From Eledone cirrhosa (lineage: Eukaryota), in assembly GCA_964016885.1 (NCBI GenBank), contig OZ024742.1:44826001-44890000 (forward strand): a stretch of 64,000 nt of DNA, written 5' to 3'. A program made the position numbers and the translations under genes. Below the pieces are notes generated by a model, which worked only from the letters and a program-made list of their open reading frames with translations, was not told where the DNA came from and made no database searches. Shown here one piece after another: positions 1 to 14,109 of this stretch (position 1 is the first letter of the stretch; every line of letters starts with the position of its first letter).

Positions 1-3000
1 GTGCTGACAATGTTGATAGTGATGACAATGTTGATAGTGGTGACAATGTTGATAGTGCTGACAATGTTGATAGTGGTGACAAGGTTGATAGTGATGACAA
101 TGTTGATAGTGGTGACAGTGTTGATAGTGGTCACAATGATGATAGTGGTCACAATGATGATAGTGGTGACAATGTTGATAGTGGTGACAATGTTGATAGT
201 GGTGACAATGATAGTGGTGACAATGTTGATAGTGGTGACAATGTTGATATTGGTGACAATGTTGATAGCGGTGACAATGTTGATAATGGTGACAATGTTG
301 ATAGTGGTGACAGTGTTGATAGTGGTGACAATGTTGATAGTGGTGACAGTGTTGATAGTGGTGACAATGTTGATAGTGGTGACAATGTTGATAGTGGTGA
401 CAGTGTTGATAGTGGTGACAAGGTTGATAGTGGTGACAATGTTGATAGTGATGACAATGTTGATAGTGGTGACAATGATGATAGTGGTGACAATGTTGAT
501 AGTGGGGACAATGTTGATGGTGGTGACAATGTTGATAGTGGTGACAATATTGATAGTGGTGACAATGTTGATAGTGGTGACAATGTTGATAGTGGTGACA
601 AGGTTGATAGTGGTGACAATGTTGATAGTGGTGACAATATTGATAGTGGTGACAAGGTTGATAGTGGTGACAATGTTGATAGTGGTGACAATGTTGATAG
701 TGGTGACAATATTGATAGTGGTGACAAGGTTGATAGTGGTGACAGTGTTGATAGTGGTGACAATGTTGATAGTGGTGACAATGATGATAGTGGTGACAAT
801 GTTGATAGTGGTGACAATGTTGATAGTGGTCACAATGATGATAGTGGTCACAATGTTGATAGAGGTGACAATGTTGATAGTGGTGACAATGTTGATAGTG
901 GTGACAATGTTGATAGTGGTCACAATGATGATAGTGGTGACAATGTTGATAGTGGTGACAATGTTGATAGTGGTCACAATGATGATAGTGGTCACAATGT
1001 TGATAGAGGTGACAATGTTGATAGTGGTGACAATGTTGATAATGGTGACAATGTTGATAGTGGTGACAGTGTTGATAGTGGGGACAATGTTGATAGTGGT
1101 CACAATGATGATAGTGGTGACAATGTTGATAGTGGTGACAATGTTGATAGTGGTCACAATGATGATAGTGGTGACAATGTTGATAGTGGTGACAATGTTG
1201 ATAGTGGTGACAAGGTTGATAGTGGTGACAATGTTGATAGTGGTGACAATATTGATAGTGGTGACAAGGTTGATAGTGGTGACAATGTTGATAGTGGTGA
1301 CAATGTTGATAGTGGTGACAATGTTGATAGTGGTCACAATGATGATAGTGGTGACAATGTTGATAGTGGTGACAATGTTGATAGTGGTCACAATGATGAT
1401 AGTGGTGACAATGATGATAGTGGTGACAATGTTGATAGTGGTGACAATGATGATAGTGGTGACAATGATGATAGTGGTGACAATGATGATAGTGATGACA
1501 ATAGTGATAGTGGTGACAATGTTGATAGTGGTGACAATGTTGATAGTGGTGACAATGTTGATAGTGGTGACAAGGTTGATAGTGGTGACAATGTTGATAG
1601 TGGTGACAATGTTGATAGTGGTGACAATGATAGTGGTGACAATGTTGATAATGGTGACAATGCTGATAGTGGTGACAATGTTGATAGTGGTGACAATGTT
1701 GATAGTGGTGACAATGTTGATAGTGGTGACAATGTTGATAGTGGTGACAATGTTAATAGTGGTGAAAATGTTGATAGTGGTGACAATGTTGATAGTGATG
1801 ACAATAGTGATAGTGGTGACAATGTTGATAGTGGTGACAATGTTGATAGTGGTGACAATGTTGATAGTGGTGACAATGTTGATAGTGGTGACAATGATAG
1901 TGGTGACAATGTTGATAGTGGTGACAATGTTGATAGTGGTGACAATGTTGATAGTGGTGACAATGTTGATAGTGGTGACAATGCTGATAGTGGTGACAAT
2001 GTTGATAGTGGTGACAATGTTGATAGTGGTGACAATGTTGATAGCGGTGACAATGTTGATAGTGGTGACAATGATAGTGGTGACAATGTTGATAGTGGTG
2101 ACAATGATAGTGGTGACAATGTTGATAGTGGTGACAATATTGATAGTGGTGACAATGATAGTGGTGACAATGTTGATAGTGGTGACAATGTTGATAGTGG
2201 TGACAATGTTGATAGTGGTGACAAGGTTGATAGTGGTGACAATGTTGATAGTGGTGACAATGTTGATAGTGGTGACAATGATAGTGGTGACAATGTTGAT
2301 AGTGGTGACAATGCTGATAGTGGTGACAAAGTTGATAGTGGTGACAATGTTGATAGTGGTGACAATGTTGATAGTGGTGACAATGATGATAGTGGTGACA
2401 ATGATAGTGGTGACAATGTTGATAGTGGTGACAATATTGATAGTGGTGACAATGATAGTGGTGACAATGTTGATAGTGGTGACAATGTTGATAGTGGTGA
2501 CAATGTTGATAGTGATGACAATGTTGATAGTGGTGACAATGTTGATAGTGGTGACAATGTTGATAGTGGTGACAATGATAGTGGTGACAATGATGATAGT
2601 GGTGACGATGATGATAGTGGTAACAATGATAGTGGTGACAATGATGATAGTGGTGACAATGTTGATAGTGGTGACAATGATAGTTGTGACAATGTTGATA
2701 GTTGTGACAATGTTGATAGTGGTGACAATGTTGATAGTGGTGACAATGTTGATAGTGGTGACAATGATGATAGTGGTGACAATGTTGATAGGGGTGACAA
2801 TGTTGATAGAGGTGACAATGTTGATAGTGGTGACAATGATGATAGTGATGACAATGTTGATAGTGGTGACAATGATGATAGTGGTGACAATGTTGATAGT
2901 GGTGACAATGTTGATAGTGGTGACAATGTTGATAGTGGTGACAATGATGATAGTGGTGACAATTTTGATAGTGGTGACAATGTTGATAGTGGTGACAATG

Positions 3001-6000
3001 ATGATAGTGGTGACAATGATGATAGTGGTGACAATGATGATAGTGGTGACAATGTTGATAGTGGTGACAATGTTGATAGAGGTGACAATGTTGATAATGG
3101 TGACAATGTTGATAGTGGTGACAATGTTGATAGTGGTGACAATGTTGATAGTGGTGACAATGTTGATAGTGGTGACAATGATAGTGGTGACAATGTTGAT
3201 AGTGGTGACAATGTTGATAGTGGTGACAATGATAGCGGTGATAATGTTGATAGTGGTGACAATATTGATAGTGGTGACAATGATGATAGCGGTGACAATG
3301 TTGATAGTGGTGACAATGTTGATAGTGGTGACAATGATGATAGTGGTGACAATGATGATAGTGGTGACAATGATGATAGTGGTGACAATGTTGATAGAGG
3401 TGACAATGTTGATAATGGTGACAATGTTGATAGTGGTGACAATGTTGATAGTGGTGACAATGTTGATAGTGGTGACAATGTTGATAGTGGTGACAATGTT
3501 GATAGTGGTCACAATGATGATAGTGGTGATAATGATGATAGTGGTGACAATGTTGATAGTGGTGACAATGTTGATAGTGATGACAATGTTGATAGTGGTC
3601 ACAATGATGATAGTGGTGACAATGTTGATAGTGATGACAATGTTGATAGTGGTGACAATGTTGATAGTGGTGACAATGTTGATAGTGGTGACAATGATAG
3701 TGGTGACAATGTTGATAGTGGTCACAATGATGATAGTGGTGATAATGATGATAGTGGTGACAATGTTGATAGTGGTGACAATGATGATAGTGGTGACAAT
3801 GATGATAGTGGTGACAATGTTGATAGTGGTGACAATGTTGATAGTGGTGACAATGTTGATAGTGGTGACAATGATGATATTGGTGACAATGTTCATAGTG
3901 GTGACAATGTTCATAGTGGTGACAATGTTGATAGTGGTGACAATGATGATAGTGGTGACAATGTTGATAGTGGTGACAATGTTGATAGTGGTGACAATGT
4001 TGATAGTGGTGACAATGATGATATTGGTGACAATGTTCATAGTGGTGATAATGTTGATAGTGGTGACAATGTTCATAGTGGTGACAATGTTGATAGTGGT
4101 GACAATGTTCATAGTGGTGACAATGTTGATAGTGGTGACAATGTTCATAGTGGTGACAATGATAGTGGTGACAATGTTCATAGTGGTGATAATGTTGATA
4201 GTGGTGACAATGTTCATAGTGGTGACAATGATGATAGTGGTGACAATGTTCATAGTGGTGACAATGTTGATAGTGGTGACAATGTTGATAGTGGTGACAA
4301 TGTTGATAGTGGTGACAATGTTGATAGTGGTGACAATGTTGATAGTGATGACAATGTTGATAGTGGTCACAATGATGATAGTGGTGACAATGTTGATAGT
4401 GATGACAATGTTGATAGTGGTCACAATGATGATAGTGGTGATAATGATGATAGTGGTGACAATGTTGATAGTGGTGACAATGTTGATAGTGGTGACAATG
4501 TTGATAGTGGTGACAATGTTGATAGTGATGACAATGTTGATAGTGGTCACAATGATGATAGTGGTGACAATGTTGATAGTGATGACAATGTTGATAGTGG
4601 TCACAATGATGATAGTGGTGATAATGATGATAGTGGTGACAATGTTGATAGTGGTGACAATGTTGATAGTGATGACAATGTTGATAGTGGTCACAATGAT
4701 GATAGTGGTGACAATGTTGATAGTGATGACAATGTTGATAGTGGTGACAATGTTGATAGTGGTGACAATGTTGATAGTGGTGACAATGATAGTGGTGACA
4801 ATGTTGATAGTGGTCACAATGATGATAGTGGTGATAATGATGATAGTGGTGACAATGTTGATAGTGGTGACAATGATGATAGTGGTGACAATGATGATAG
4901 TGGTGACAATGTTGATAGTGGTGACAATGTTGATAGTGGTGACAATGTTGATAGTGGTGACAATGATGATATTGGTGACAATGTTCATAGTGGTGACAAT
5001 GTTCATAGTGGTGACAATGTTGATAGTGGTGACAATGTTGATAGTGGTGACAATGTTGATAGTGGTGACAATGTTAATAGTGGTGAAAATGTTGATAGTG
5101 GTGACAATGTTGATAGTGATGACAATAGTGATAGTGGTGACAATGTTGATAGTGGTGACAATGTTGATAGTGGTGACAATGTTGATAGTGGTGACAATGT
5201 TGATAGTGGTGACAATGATAGTGGTGACAATGTTGATAGTGGTGACAATGTTGATAGTGGTGACAATGTTGATAGTGGTGACAATGTTGATAGTGGTGAC
5301 AATGCTGATAGTGGTGACAATGTTGATAGTGGTGACAATGTTGATAGTGGTGACAATGTTGATAGCGGTGACAATGTTGATAGTGGTGACAATGATAGTG
5401 GTGACAATGTTGATAGTGGTGACAATGATAGTGGTGACAATGTTGATAGTGGTGACAATATTGATAGTGGTGACAATGATAGTGGTGACAATGTTGATAG
5501 TGGTGACAATGTTGATAGTGGTGACAATGTTGATAGTGGTGACAAGGTTGATAGTGGTGACAATGTTGATAGTGGTGACAATGTTGATAGTGGTGACAAT
5601 GATAGTGGTGACAATGTTGATAGTGGTGACAATGCTGATAGTGGTGACAAAGTTGATAGTGGTGACAATGTTGATAGTGGTGACAATGTTGATAGTGGTG
5701 ACAATGATGATAGTGGTGACAATGATAGTGGTGACAATGTTGATAGTGGTGACAATATTGATAGTGGTGACAATGATAGTGGTGACAATGTTGATAGTGG
5801 TGACAATGTTGATAGTGGTGACAATGTTGATAGTGATGACAATGTTGATAGTGGTGACAATGTTGATAGTGGTGACAATGTTGATAGTGGTGACAATGAT
5901 AGTGGTGACAATGATGATAGTGGTGACGATGATGATAGTGGTAACAATGATAGTGGTGACAATGATGATAGTGGTGACAATGTTGATAGTGGTGACAATG

Positions 6001-9000
6001 ATAGTTGTGACAATGTTGATAGTTGTGACAATGTTGATAGTGGTGACAATGTTGATAGTGGTGACAATGTTGATAGTGGTGACAATGATGATAGTGGTGA
6101 CAATGTTGATAGGGGTGACAATGTTGATAGAGGTGACAATGTTGATAGTGGTGACAATGATGATAGTGATGACAATGTTGATAGTGGTGACAATGATGAT
6201 AGTGGTGACAATGTTGATAGTGGTGACAATGTTGATAGTGGTGACAATGTTGATAGTGGTGACAATGATGATAGTGGTGACAATTTTGATAGTGGTGACA
6301 ATGTTGATAGTGGTGACAATGATGATAGTGGTGACAATGATGATAGTGGTGACAATGATGATAGTGGTGACAATGTTGATAGTGGTGACAATGTTGATAG
6401 AGGTGACAATGTTGATAATGGTGACAATGTTGATAGTGGTGACAATGTTGATAGTGGTGACAATGTTGATAGTGGTGACAATGTTGATAGTGGTGACAAT
6501 GATAGTGGTGACAATGTTGATAGTGGTGACAATGTTGATAGTGGTGACAATGATAGCGGTGATAATGTTGATAGTGGTGACAATATTGATAGTGGTGACA
6601 ATGATGATAGCGGTGACAATGTTGATAGTGGTGACAATGTTGATAGTGGTGACAATGATGATAGTGGTGACAATGATGATAGTGGTGACAATGATGATAG
6701 TGGTGACAATGTTGATAGAGGTGACAATGTTGATAATGGTGACAATGTTGATAGTGGTGACAATGTTGATAGTGGTGACAATGTTGATAGTGGTGACAAT
6801 GTTGATAGTGGTGACAATGTTGATAGTGGTCACAATGATGATAGTGGTGATAATGATGATAGTGGTGACAATGTTGATAGTGGTGACAATGTTGATAGTG
6901 ATGACAATGTTGATAGTGGTCACAATGATGATAGTGGTGACAATGTTGATAGTGATGACAATGTTGATAGTGGTGACAATGTTGATAGTGGTGACAATGT
7001 TGATAGTGGTGACAATGATAGTGGTGACAATGTTGATAGTGGTCACAATGATGATAGTGGTGATAATGATGATAGTGGTGACAATGTTGATAGTGGTGAC
7101 AATGATGATAGTGGTGACAATGATGATAGTGGTGACAATGTTGATAGTGGTGACAATGTTGATAGTGGTGACAATGTTGATAGTGGTGACAATGATGATA
7201 TTGGTGACAATGTTCATAGTGGTGACAATGTTCATAGTGGTGACAATGTTGATAGTGGTGACAATGATGATAGTGGTGACAATGTTGATAGTGGTGACAA
7301 TGTTGATAGTGGTGACAATGTTGATAGTGGTGACAATGATGATATTGGTGACAATGTTCATAGTGGTGATAATGTTGATAGTGGTGACAATGTTCATAGT
7401 GGTGACAATGTTGATAGTGGTGACAATGTTCATAGTGGTGACAATGTTGATAGTGGTGACAATGTTCATAGTGGTGACAATGATAGTGGTGACAATGTTC
7501 ATAGTGGTGATAATGTTGATAGTGGTGACAATGTTCATAGTGGTGACAATGATGATAGTGGTGACAATGTTCATAGTGGTGACAATGTTGATAGTGGTGA
7601 CAATGTTGATAGTGGTGACAATGTTGATAGTGGTGACAATGTTGATAGTGGTGACAATGTTGATAGTGATGACAATGTTGATAGTGGTCACAATGATGAT
7701 AGTGGTGACAATGTTGATAGTGATGACAATGTTGATAGTGGTCACAATGATGATAGTGGTGATAATGATGATAGTGGTGACAATGTTGATAGTGGTGACA
7801 ATGTTGATAGTGGTGACAATGTTGATAGTGGTGACAATGTTGATAGTGATGACAATGTTGATAGTGGTCACAATGATGATAGTGGTGACAATGTTGATAG
7901 TGATGACAATGTTGATAGTGGTCACAATGATGATAGTGGTGATAATGATGATAGTGGTGACAATGTTGATAGTGGTGACAATGTTGATAGTGATGACAAT
8001 GTTGATAGTGGTCACAATGATGATAGTGGTGACAATGTTGATAGTGATGACAATGTTGATAGTGGTGACAATGTTGATAGTGGTGACAATGTTGATAGTG
8101 GTGACAATGATAGTGGTGACAATGTTGATAGTGGTCACAATGATGATAGTGGTGATAATGATGATAGTGGTGACAATGTTGATAGTGGTGACAATGATGA
8201 TAGTGGTGACAATGATGATAGTGGTGACAATGTTGATAGTGGTGACAATGTTGATAGTGGTGACAATGTTGATAGTGGTGACAATGATGATATTGGTGAC
8301 AATGTTCATAGTGGTGACAATGTTCATAGTGGTGACAATGTTGATAGTGGTGACAATGATGATAGTGGTGACAATGTTGATAGTGGTGACAATGTTGATA
8401 GTGGTGACAATGTTGATAGTGGTGACAATGATGATATTGGTGACAATGTTCATAGTGGTGATAATGTTGATAGTGGTGACAATGTTCATAGTGGTGACAA
8501 TGTTGATAGTGGTGACAATGTTGATAGTGGTGACAATGTTCATAGTGGTGACAATGATAGTGGTGACAATGTTCATAGTGGTGATAATGTTGATAGTGGT
8601 GACAATGTTCATAGTGGTGACAATGATGATAGTGGTGACAATGTTCATAGTGGTGACAATGTTGATAGTGGTGACAATGTTGATAGTGGTGACAATGTTG
8701 ATAGTGGTGACAATGTTGATAGTGGTGACAATGTTGATAGTGGTGACAATGATAGTGGTGATAATGTTGATAGTGGTGACAATGATAGTGGTGATAATGT
8801 TGATAGTGGTGACAATATTGATAGTGGTGACAATGATGATAGCGGTGACAATGTTGATAGTGGTGACAATGTTGATAGTGGTGACAATGATGATAGTGGT
8901 GACAATGATGATAGTGGTGACAATGATGATAGTGGTGACAATGTTGATAGAGGTGACAATGTTGATAATGGTGACAATGTTGATAGTGGTGACAATGTTG

Positions 9001-10690
9001 ATAGTGGTGACAATGTTGATAGTGGTGACAATGATGATAGTGGTGACAATGTTGATAGTGGTGACAATGTTGATAGTGGTGACAATGTTGATAGTGGTCA
9101 CAATGATGATAGTGGTGATAATGATGATAGTGGTGACAATGTTGATAGTGGTGACAATGTTGATAGTGATGACAATGTTGATAGTGGTCACAATGATGAT
9201 AGTGGTGACAATGTTGATAGTGATGACAATGTTGATAGTGGTGACAATGTTGATAGTGGTGACAATGTTGATAGTGGTGACAATGTTGATAGTGGTCACA
9301 ATGATGATAGTGGTGATAATGATGATAGTGGTGACAATGTTGATAGTGGTGACAATGATGATAGTGGTGACAATGTTGATAGTGGTGACAATGTTGATAG
9401 TGGTGACAATGTTGATAGTGGTGACAATGTTGATAGTGGTTACAATGATAGTGGTGACAATGTTGATAGTGGTGACAATGATAGTGGTGACAATGTTGAT
9501 AGTGGTGACAATGTTGATAGTGGTGACAATGTTGATAGTGGTGACAATGATGATAGTGGTGACAATGATGATAGTGGTGACAATGTTGATAGTGGTGACA
9601 ATGATGATATTGGTGACAATGTTCATAGTGGTGACAATGTTCATAGTGGTGACAATGTTGATAGTGGTGACAATGATGATAGTGGTGACAATGTTGATAG
9701 TGGTGACAATGTTCATAGTGGTGACAATGATAGTGGTGACAATGTTCATAGTGGTGATAATGTTGATAGTGGTGACAATGTTCATAGTGGTGACAATGAT
9801 GATAGTGGTGACAATGTTCATAGTGGTGACAATGTTGATAGTGGTGACAATGTTCATAGTGGTGACAATGATGATAGTGGTGACAATGATAGTGGTGACA
9901 ATGTTGATAGTGGTGACAATGTTGATAGTGGTGACAATGATAGTGGTGACAATGTTGATAGTGGTGACACTGTTGATAGTGGTGACAATGTTGATAGCGG
10001 TGACAATGTTGATAGTGGTGACAATGTTGATAGCGGTGACAATGTTGATAGCGGTGACAATGTTGATAGTGGTGACAATGTTGATAGTGGTGACAATGTT
10101 GATAGCGGTGACAATGTTGATAGTGGTGACAATGTTGATAGCGGTGACAATGTTGATAGCGGTGACAATGTTGATAGTGGTGACAATGTTGATAGTGGTG
10201 ACAATGTTGATAGTGGTGACAATGTTGATAGTGATGACAATGATAGTGGTGACAATGTTGATAGTGATGACAATAGTGATAGTGGTGACAATGTTGATAG
10301 CGGTGACAATGTTGATAGTGATGACAATGATAGTGATGACAATAGTGATAGTGGTGACAATGTTGATAGTGGTGACAATGATAGTGGTGACAATGTTGAT
10401 AGTGATGACAATAGTGATAGTGGTGACAATGTTGATAGTGGTGACAATGTTGATAGTGATGACAATGATAGTGGTGACAATGTTGATAGTGATGACAATA
10501 GTGATAGTGGTGACAATGTTGATAGCGGTGACAATGTTGATAGTGATGACAATGATAGTGATGACAATAGTGATAGTGGTGACAATGTTGATAGTGGTGA
10601 CAATGATAGTGGTGACAATGTTGATAGTGATGACAATAGTGATAGTGGTGACAATGTTGATAGTGATGACAATGATAGTGGTGACAATGA
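1..10690. repeat. 18-bp minisatellite (GTGACAATGTTGATAGTG)n with 15-bp deletion variants, about 600 units, continuing beyond the window start
   Basis: Tandem unit is directly visible. Variants include ATG/TTG swaps, GTC, GCG, TTC and 3-bp deletions. Rare variants recur at +3321 bp (TGTTAATAGTGGTGAAAAT at 1751 and 5072; GGTGACGATG at 2601 and 5922). Confidence 0.97.
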
Positions 10691-11005
10691 TGAGGATGAT
10701 AAACATGAATTAATGATTACAAGGGTGGGATGATGATAGTAAGGATGAAACTGATGATGATGATGATGATGATTATTATGATGAGAATGACTGTTATGAA
10801 ATCACTGTCGATGGTGGTGTGTCGGTGCTAGTAATAGTAGTGTGCATAGTGGTGGTGCGGAAGTAGAAATACTGGTGTTGTTGTTGGTGTTGGAGATGCT
10901 GTTATTGATTTTGTAGATGGTGGTGATGGTGGTAGTGATAATGTGTAGGTGGTGTTGGTGGTAGCAGTGCTGTAGGGCTGGCAGTGCTGGTAATAGTGGT
11001 GCTGC
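10691..11005. repeat. Degenerate GAT/GGT/GTA trinucleotide low-complexity flank of the minisatellite
   Basis: (GAT)n at about 10753-10772 and GGT/GTA-rich runs grading into unique sequence. Confidence 0.8.
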
Positions 11006-11268
11006 TAATGCTCCCCCACCCCTTCTACCCCTTTACCACAAAGCATGAAATACTTTGTTTTTAATGCACAGCTTCAATACACTCCACCCCTACTGACTGT
11101 TGGAAATAATTGACACAATCTTCATGTTGAAATTAACCATTAAAATTTTAATTTCCAAATTAATCTGTTAGATGTTAATCATTCAAACGAAGGATGTTTC
11201 TGTGCTTCAATAATGAGTTTCTAAGAGCTAAATCACTTTTTTTTTACTGGCAGACATTTATTGAGTCC

Positions 11269-11298
11269 TGTGTGTGTGTGGGGGGGGGGGGGGGGGGG
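11269..11298. repeat. (TG)n followed by a poly-G tract of about 19 nt
   Basis: TGTGTGTGTGTG then GGGGGGGGGGGGGGGGGGG; G-quadruplex-capable. Confidence 0.9.
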
Positions 11299-11499
11299 TA
11301 CACAAAAGTGGGGATTCCATTCACCCCTGGCTGACCACAAAAAGCAGCAGTAACAGTGGAATTTGAACTCATGACATGGAGGGAAAATACTGAAAACTCA
11401 TTTAGTTTGATGCACCACCACTTAACTATTTTAAAATATTAATAATGAGAAGAGGAGTAAGATTATTTGATAGAGTGTGTAGTGTGTAACTCACACAGA

Positions 11500-11805
11500 G
11501 AATCACTCCAGGTAGAGCTGAGGCTTCTGCAATTGAGAGATTACAGCTACAATACTGTGTGCATGATGTAAGAATGTCTTAGGAAAGAAGCACTGGACAG
11601 AATTTATAGGCAAAACCAACTAGCAGGAGACCCAGGAGTAGACCCCGAGCAAGATGATTGGATAACATCCATTAGCTTGTCTGGTCTTGCTTGGGGATCT
11701 AGCTGGATCAGTTGGAGATGGTTGCTCTTGATGGGACTTACCGGAAGGAGTGTTTGAGGACTCTGCCACCTCGGCCCTCTTAGAAATAGGTGGGCGAAGG
11801 AGTAG
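11500..11805 (+). mobile_element. RTE-clade LINE 3' end relic (copy 1)
   Basis: Translates as AKPTSRRPRSRPRAR*LDNIH...LGI*LDQLEMVALD...KECLRTLPPRPS, matching the RTE C-terminal GxRPRGRPRxRW motif. Homologous to 18550-18835. Confidence 0.75.
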
Positions 11806-11806
11806 G

Positions 11807-12199
11807 ATGAAAGAATATATCCACAGACATAATAGAGTTGGGACTTAGATATACTGGAAGTTATTCCAACACTACAAAATACCAATGGTAAAAAAGCAGT
11901 ACAGACACACACCAGAAAAGAAGTCAGAGAATGACAAAGCAACCATACTCTGGGATATACCAATATAGACAGAAAGAGAGATCAAAGCCAATCAACCAGA
12001 TATAATAATCATAGACCACAAAGAAAAAAAATGCCTTCTAATTGATTTATCAATTCCCAGAGATTACAATATATCTACCAAGGAAATGAAGAAATTATCC
12101 AAATATAAAGACCTGGAGATAGAAATAAACCAAGTATGGATGATGAAAACAGAAACAATAGGTGCTCTGGGAATGATAAAAAAACATTCAGATACATAA
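11807..12199 (+). pseudogene. Non-LTR retrotransposon C-terminal restriction-like endonuclease relic (R4/Dong/NeSL-like, R2 group)
   Basis: A single frame reads KEYIHRHNRVGT*IYWKL...YRHTPEKKSENDKATILWDIPI*TEREIKANQPDIIIIDHKEKKCLLIDLSIPRDYNISTKEMKKLSKYKDLEIEINQVWMMKTETIGALG. It contains YxxRHN, PD..D, KxxKY and GALG motifs, with two in-frame stops. Confidence 0.85.
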
Positions 12200-12310
12200 C
12201 AAAATACCCAGGATGATTGTGTTTATAGAAGTAGTTCTAAAACAGTTAGTTCACCATACCGAGAACAAATGTTTCACCTTATTCAGATCCTCAGCTCAGT
12301 CTAAGTGTCT

Positions 12311-12580
12311 CATCATTCATCATCATTTCATTTTACGTCCGCTTTTCCCTGCTTGCAAGGGTGGGATGGGAACTGATTCTGGCTTGATTTCTACAGCTGG
12401 ATGCCCTTCCTAACACCAACCTCATTTACAGTGAGTGCTGGGTGCTTTATTGCCGTGGCACCTCCACGACCACTTTGCAGTGGAATGATATGGACCCCAG
12501 TCTCTATCATCTCATTTCTACAGCTGAGTAAACTGGAGCAATGTGAAATAAAGTGTCTTGCTCAAGGAAACAACACATCA
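12311..12580 (-). mobile_element. SINE family A, 5'-truncated copy lacking the tRNA-like head
   Basis: Highly similar to 12733-13080, 23056-23394 and 25624-25963; has the (ATG)n tail. Confidence 0.9.
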
Positions 12581-12594
12581 ATGTATATATATGT

Positions 12595-12641
<47 letters not shown>

Positions 12642-12730
12642 AAGTATATACATGCTTATAAACTTGTGGGTAGCTATGTGTGTATGTATGAATGTGTATA
12701 TGTATATATCTATGTATGTGTATATATAAT
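12581..12730. repeat. (TA)n/(TG)n/(TATG)n compound microsatellite
   Basis: Directly visible. Confidence 0.9.
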
Positions 12731-12732
12731 CG

Positions 12733-13080
12733 TCATCATCATCATCATCATCATCATTTTACATCCGCTTTTTCCTTGCTTGCAAGGGTGGGACGGGAAC
12801 TGATTCTGGCTTGATTTCTACAGCTGGATGCCCTTCCTAACACCAACCTCATTTACAGTGAGTGCTGGGTGCATTTTTTCCGTGGCACCTCCACGACCAC
12901 TTTGCAGTGGAATGATAGGGACCCCAGGCCCTCTCATCTCATTTCTACAGCTGAGTAAACTGGACCAATGTGAAATAAAGTGTCTTGCTCAAGGAAACAA
13001 TACATCACCCGGTCTGAGAATTGAACTCACAACCTTTCGATTGCAAGGCCAATGTTCTAACCACTAAGCCATGTGCCCCC
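12733..13080 (-). mobile_element. SINE family A, full length (tRNA-derived head, (ATG)n tail)
   Basis: Reverse complement has A box TGGCTTAGTGG, B box GAGTTCAATTC, body CCTTGAGCAAGACACT and AGGAAGGGCATCCAGCTGTAGAAA, and the ATG tail. Confidence 0.92.
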
Positions 13081-13089
13081 TATCAATAT

Positions 13090-13922
13090 CCTTTTTCTGT
13101 CTGCTTTTCCACATTCACATAGGTACTTTTCATCACAGCATCTCTCCACTCATCGCGTTCCTTTGTCATCTTCTCTTTGAGTTTCAGTGATTTGAGATCA
13201 GCTCTCATCACCTCTGCCTAGATCTTCTTTGGTTTACCTTTACTCCGTCATCCTTCTACTGGGATTTCCTGGCACTTCCTCATCTAGCAACCATCATCCA
13301 TGCACATCACATGTCTATATCAACGCAGTCGTCTCTCTTGAACACCACTTTGAATTCCTCTTAAACCCAGTTTCTCCCTCAGTTCATCCAAGCTCTATCT
13401 TTCTTTCACATTTACTTTGCACATGCAACAAAGCATGATTGCTGCCCTTGTTTTGCTACCATACAACATTACACTTTGTACATGGCATCATACAGTCATC
13501 CTTTTGAACGTAGGGAGGAGACTTTTGTTGTCAACAGTGGCAGTAGCTCTCAAAAATTCTTCCATCCTATCCTTATTCTAGCTATTATGCTCTCAGAGCA
13601 CCCTCCTCCACTGCTAATTAGGCTACTTCGATAGCAGAATCTATTAACCACTTCTGGATCCTACATGTGATTGGAAAAGATTAATATCACTGCCACTCTT
13701 TCCTTTGATTACTCCTGTGCATCTTCTACATACAAAGTTTTCCTTTCCAGTTAGTCTATCCGTTATCCCACTACATCTCTTGTGTACTCAAAATTTACAT
13801 TGTGTACATCATATAGAGTGTCTGCCTACTCCTTTTCTACATATTGAGCAGGGTCACTTCCCTGAAGGGATGAGTGTCCTATCTTCTTTTGTACTTACTA
13901 GCACTTTAGCTTTAGCTCAGTT
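13090..13922 (-). mobile_element. RTE-clade LINE relic (3' half) with a PHD-like Cys/His finger
   Basis: Minus strand reads KVLVSTKEDRTLIPSGK*PCSICRKGVGRHSI*CTQCKF*VHKRCSGITDRLTGKENFVCRRCTG, then EVVNRFCY..LISSGGGCSESIIARIRIGWKNF*ELLPLLT, then AEVMRADLKSLKLKEKMTKERDEWR. Many stops and deletions. Confidence 0.85.
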
Positions 13923-14109
13923 TACTCTCAGACCCTTTGATTCCAAATTCCGTTTCCAAAGCTGGTACAATGTGGTAGAAAAAGACAAAGAGCAAATGAT
14001 GACAAATGAACAAAACAATGTTTTACCCAAAGTATTTTAATATGATATTTCAGGGTTAATACCCTCTTTTCAGATGCAAAGCTGAAACAATCCAAAACAA
14101 AACAAGTGA

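Noticed and set aside
1-10713. 3570-aa (VTMLIV)n ORF and the antisense (LSPLST)n ORFs
   Set aside because: These are artefacts of an 18-bp unit whose stops fall in a single frame. A purely hydrophobic 3.5-kaa repeat is not a plausible protein.
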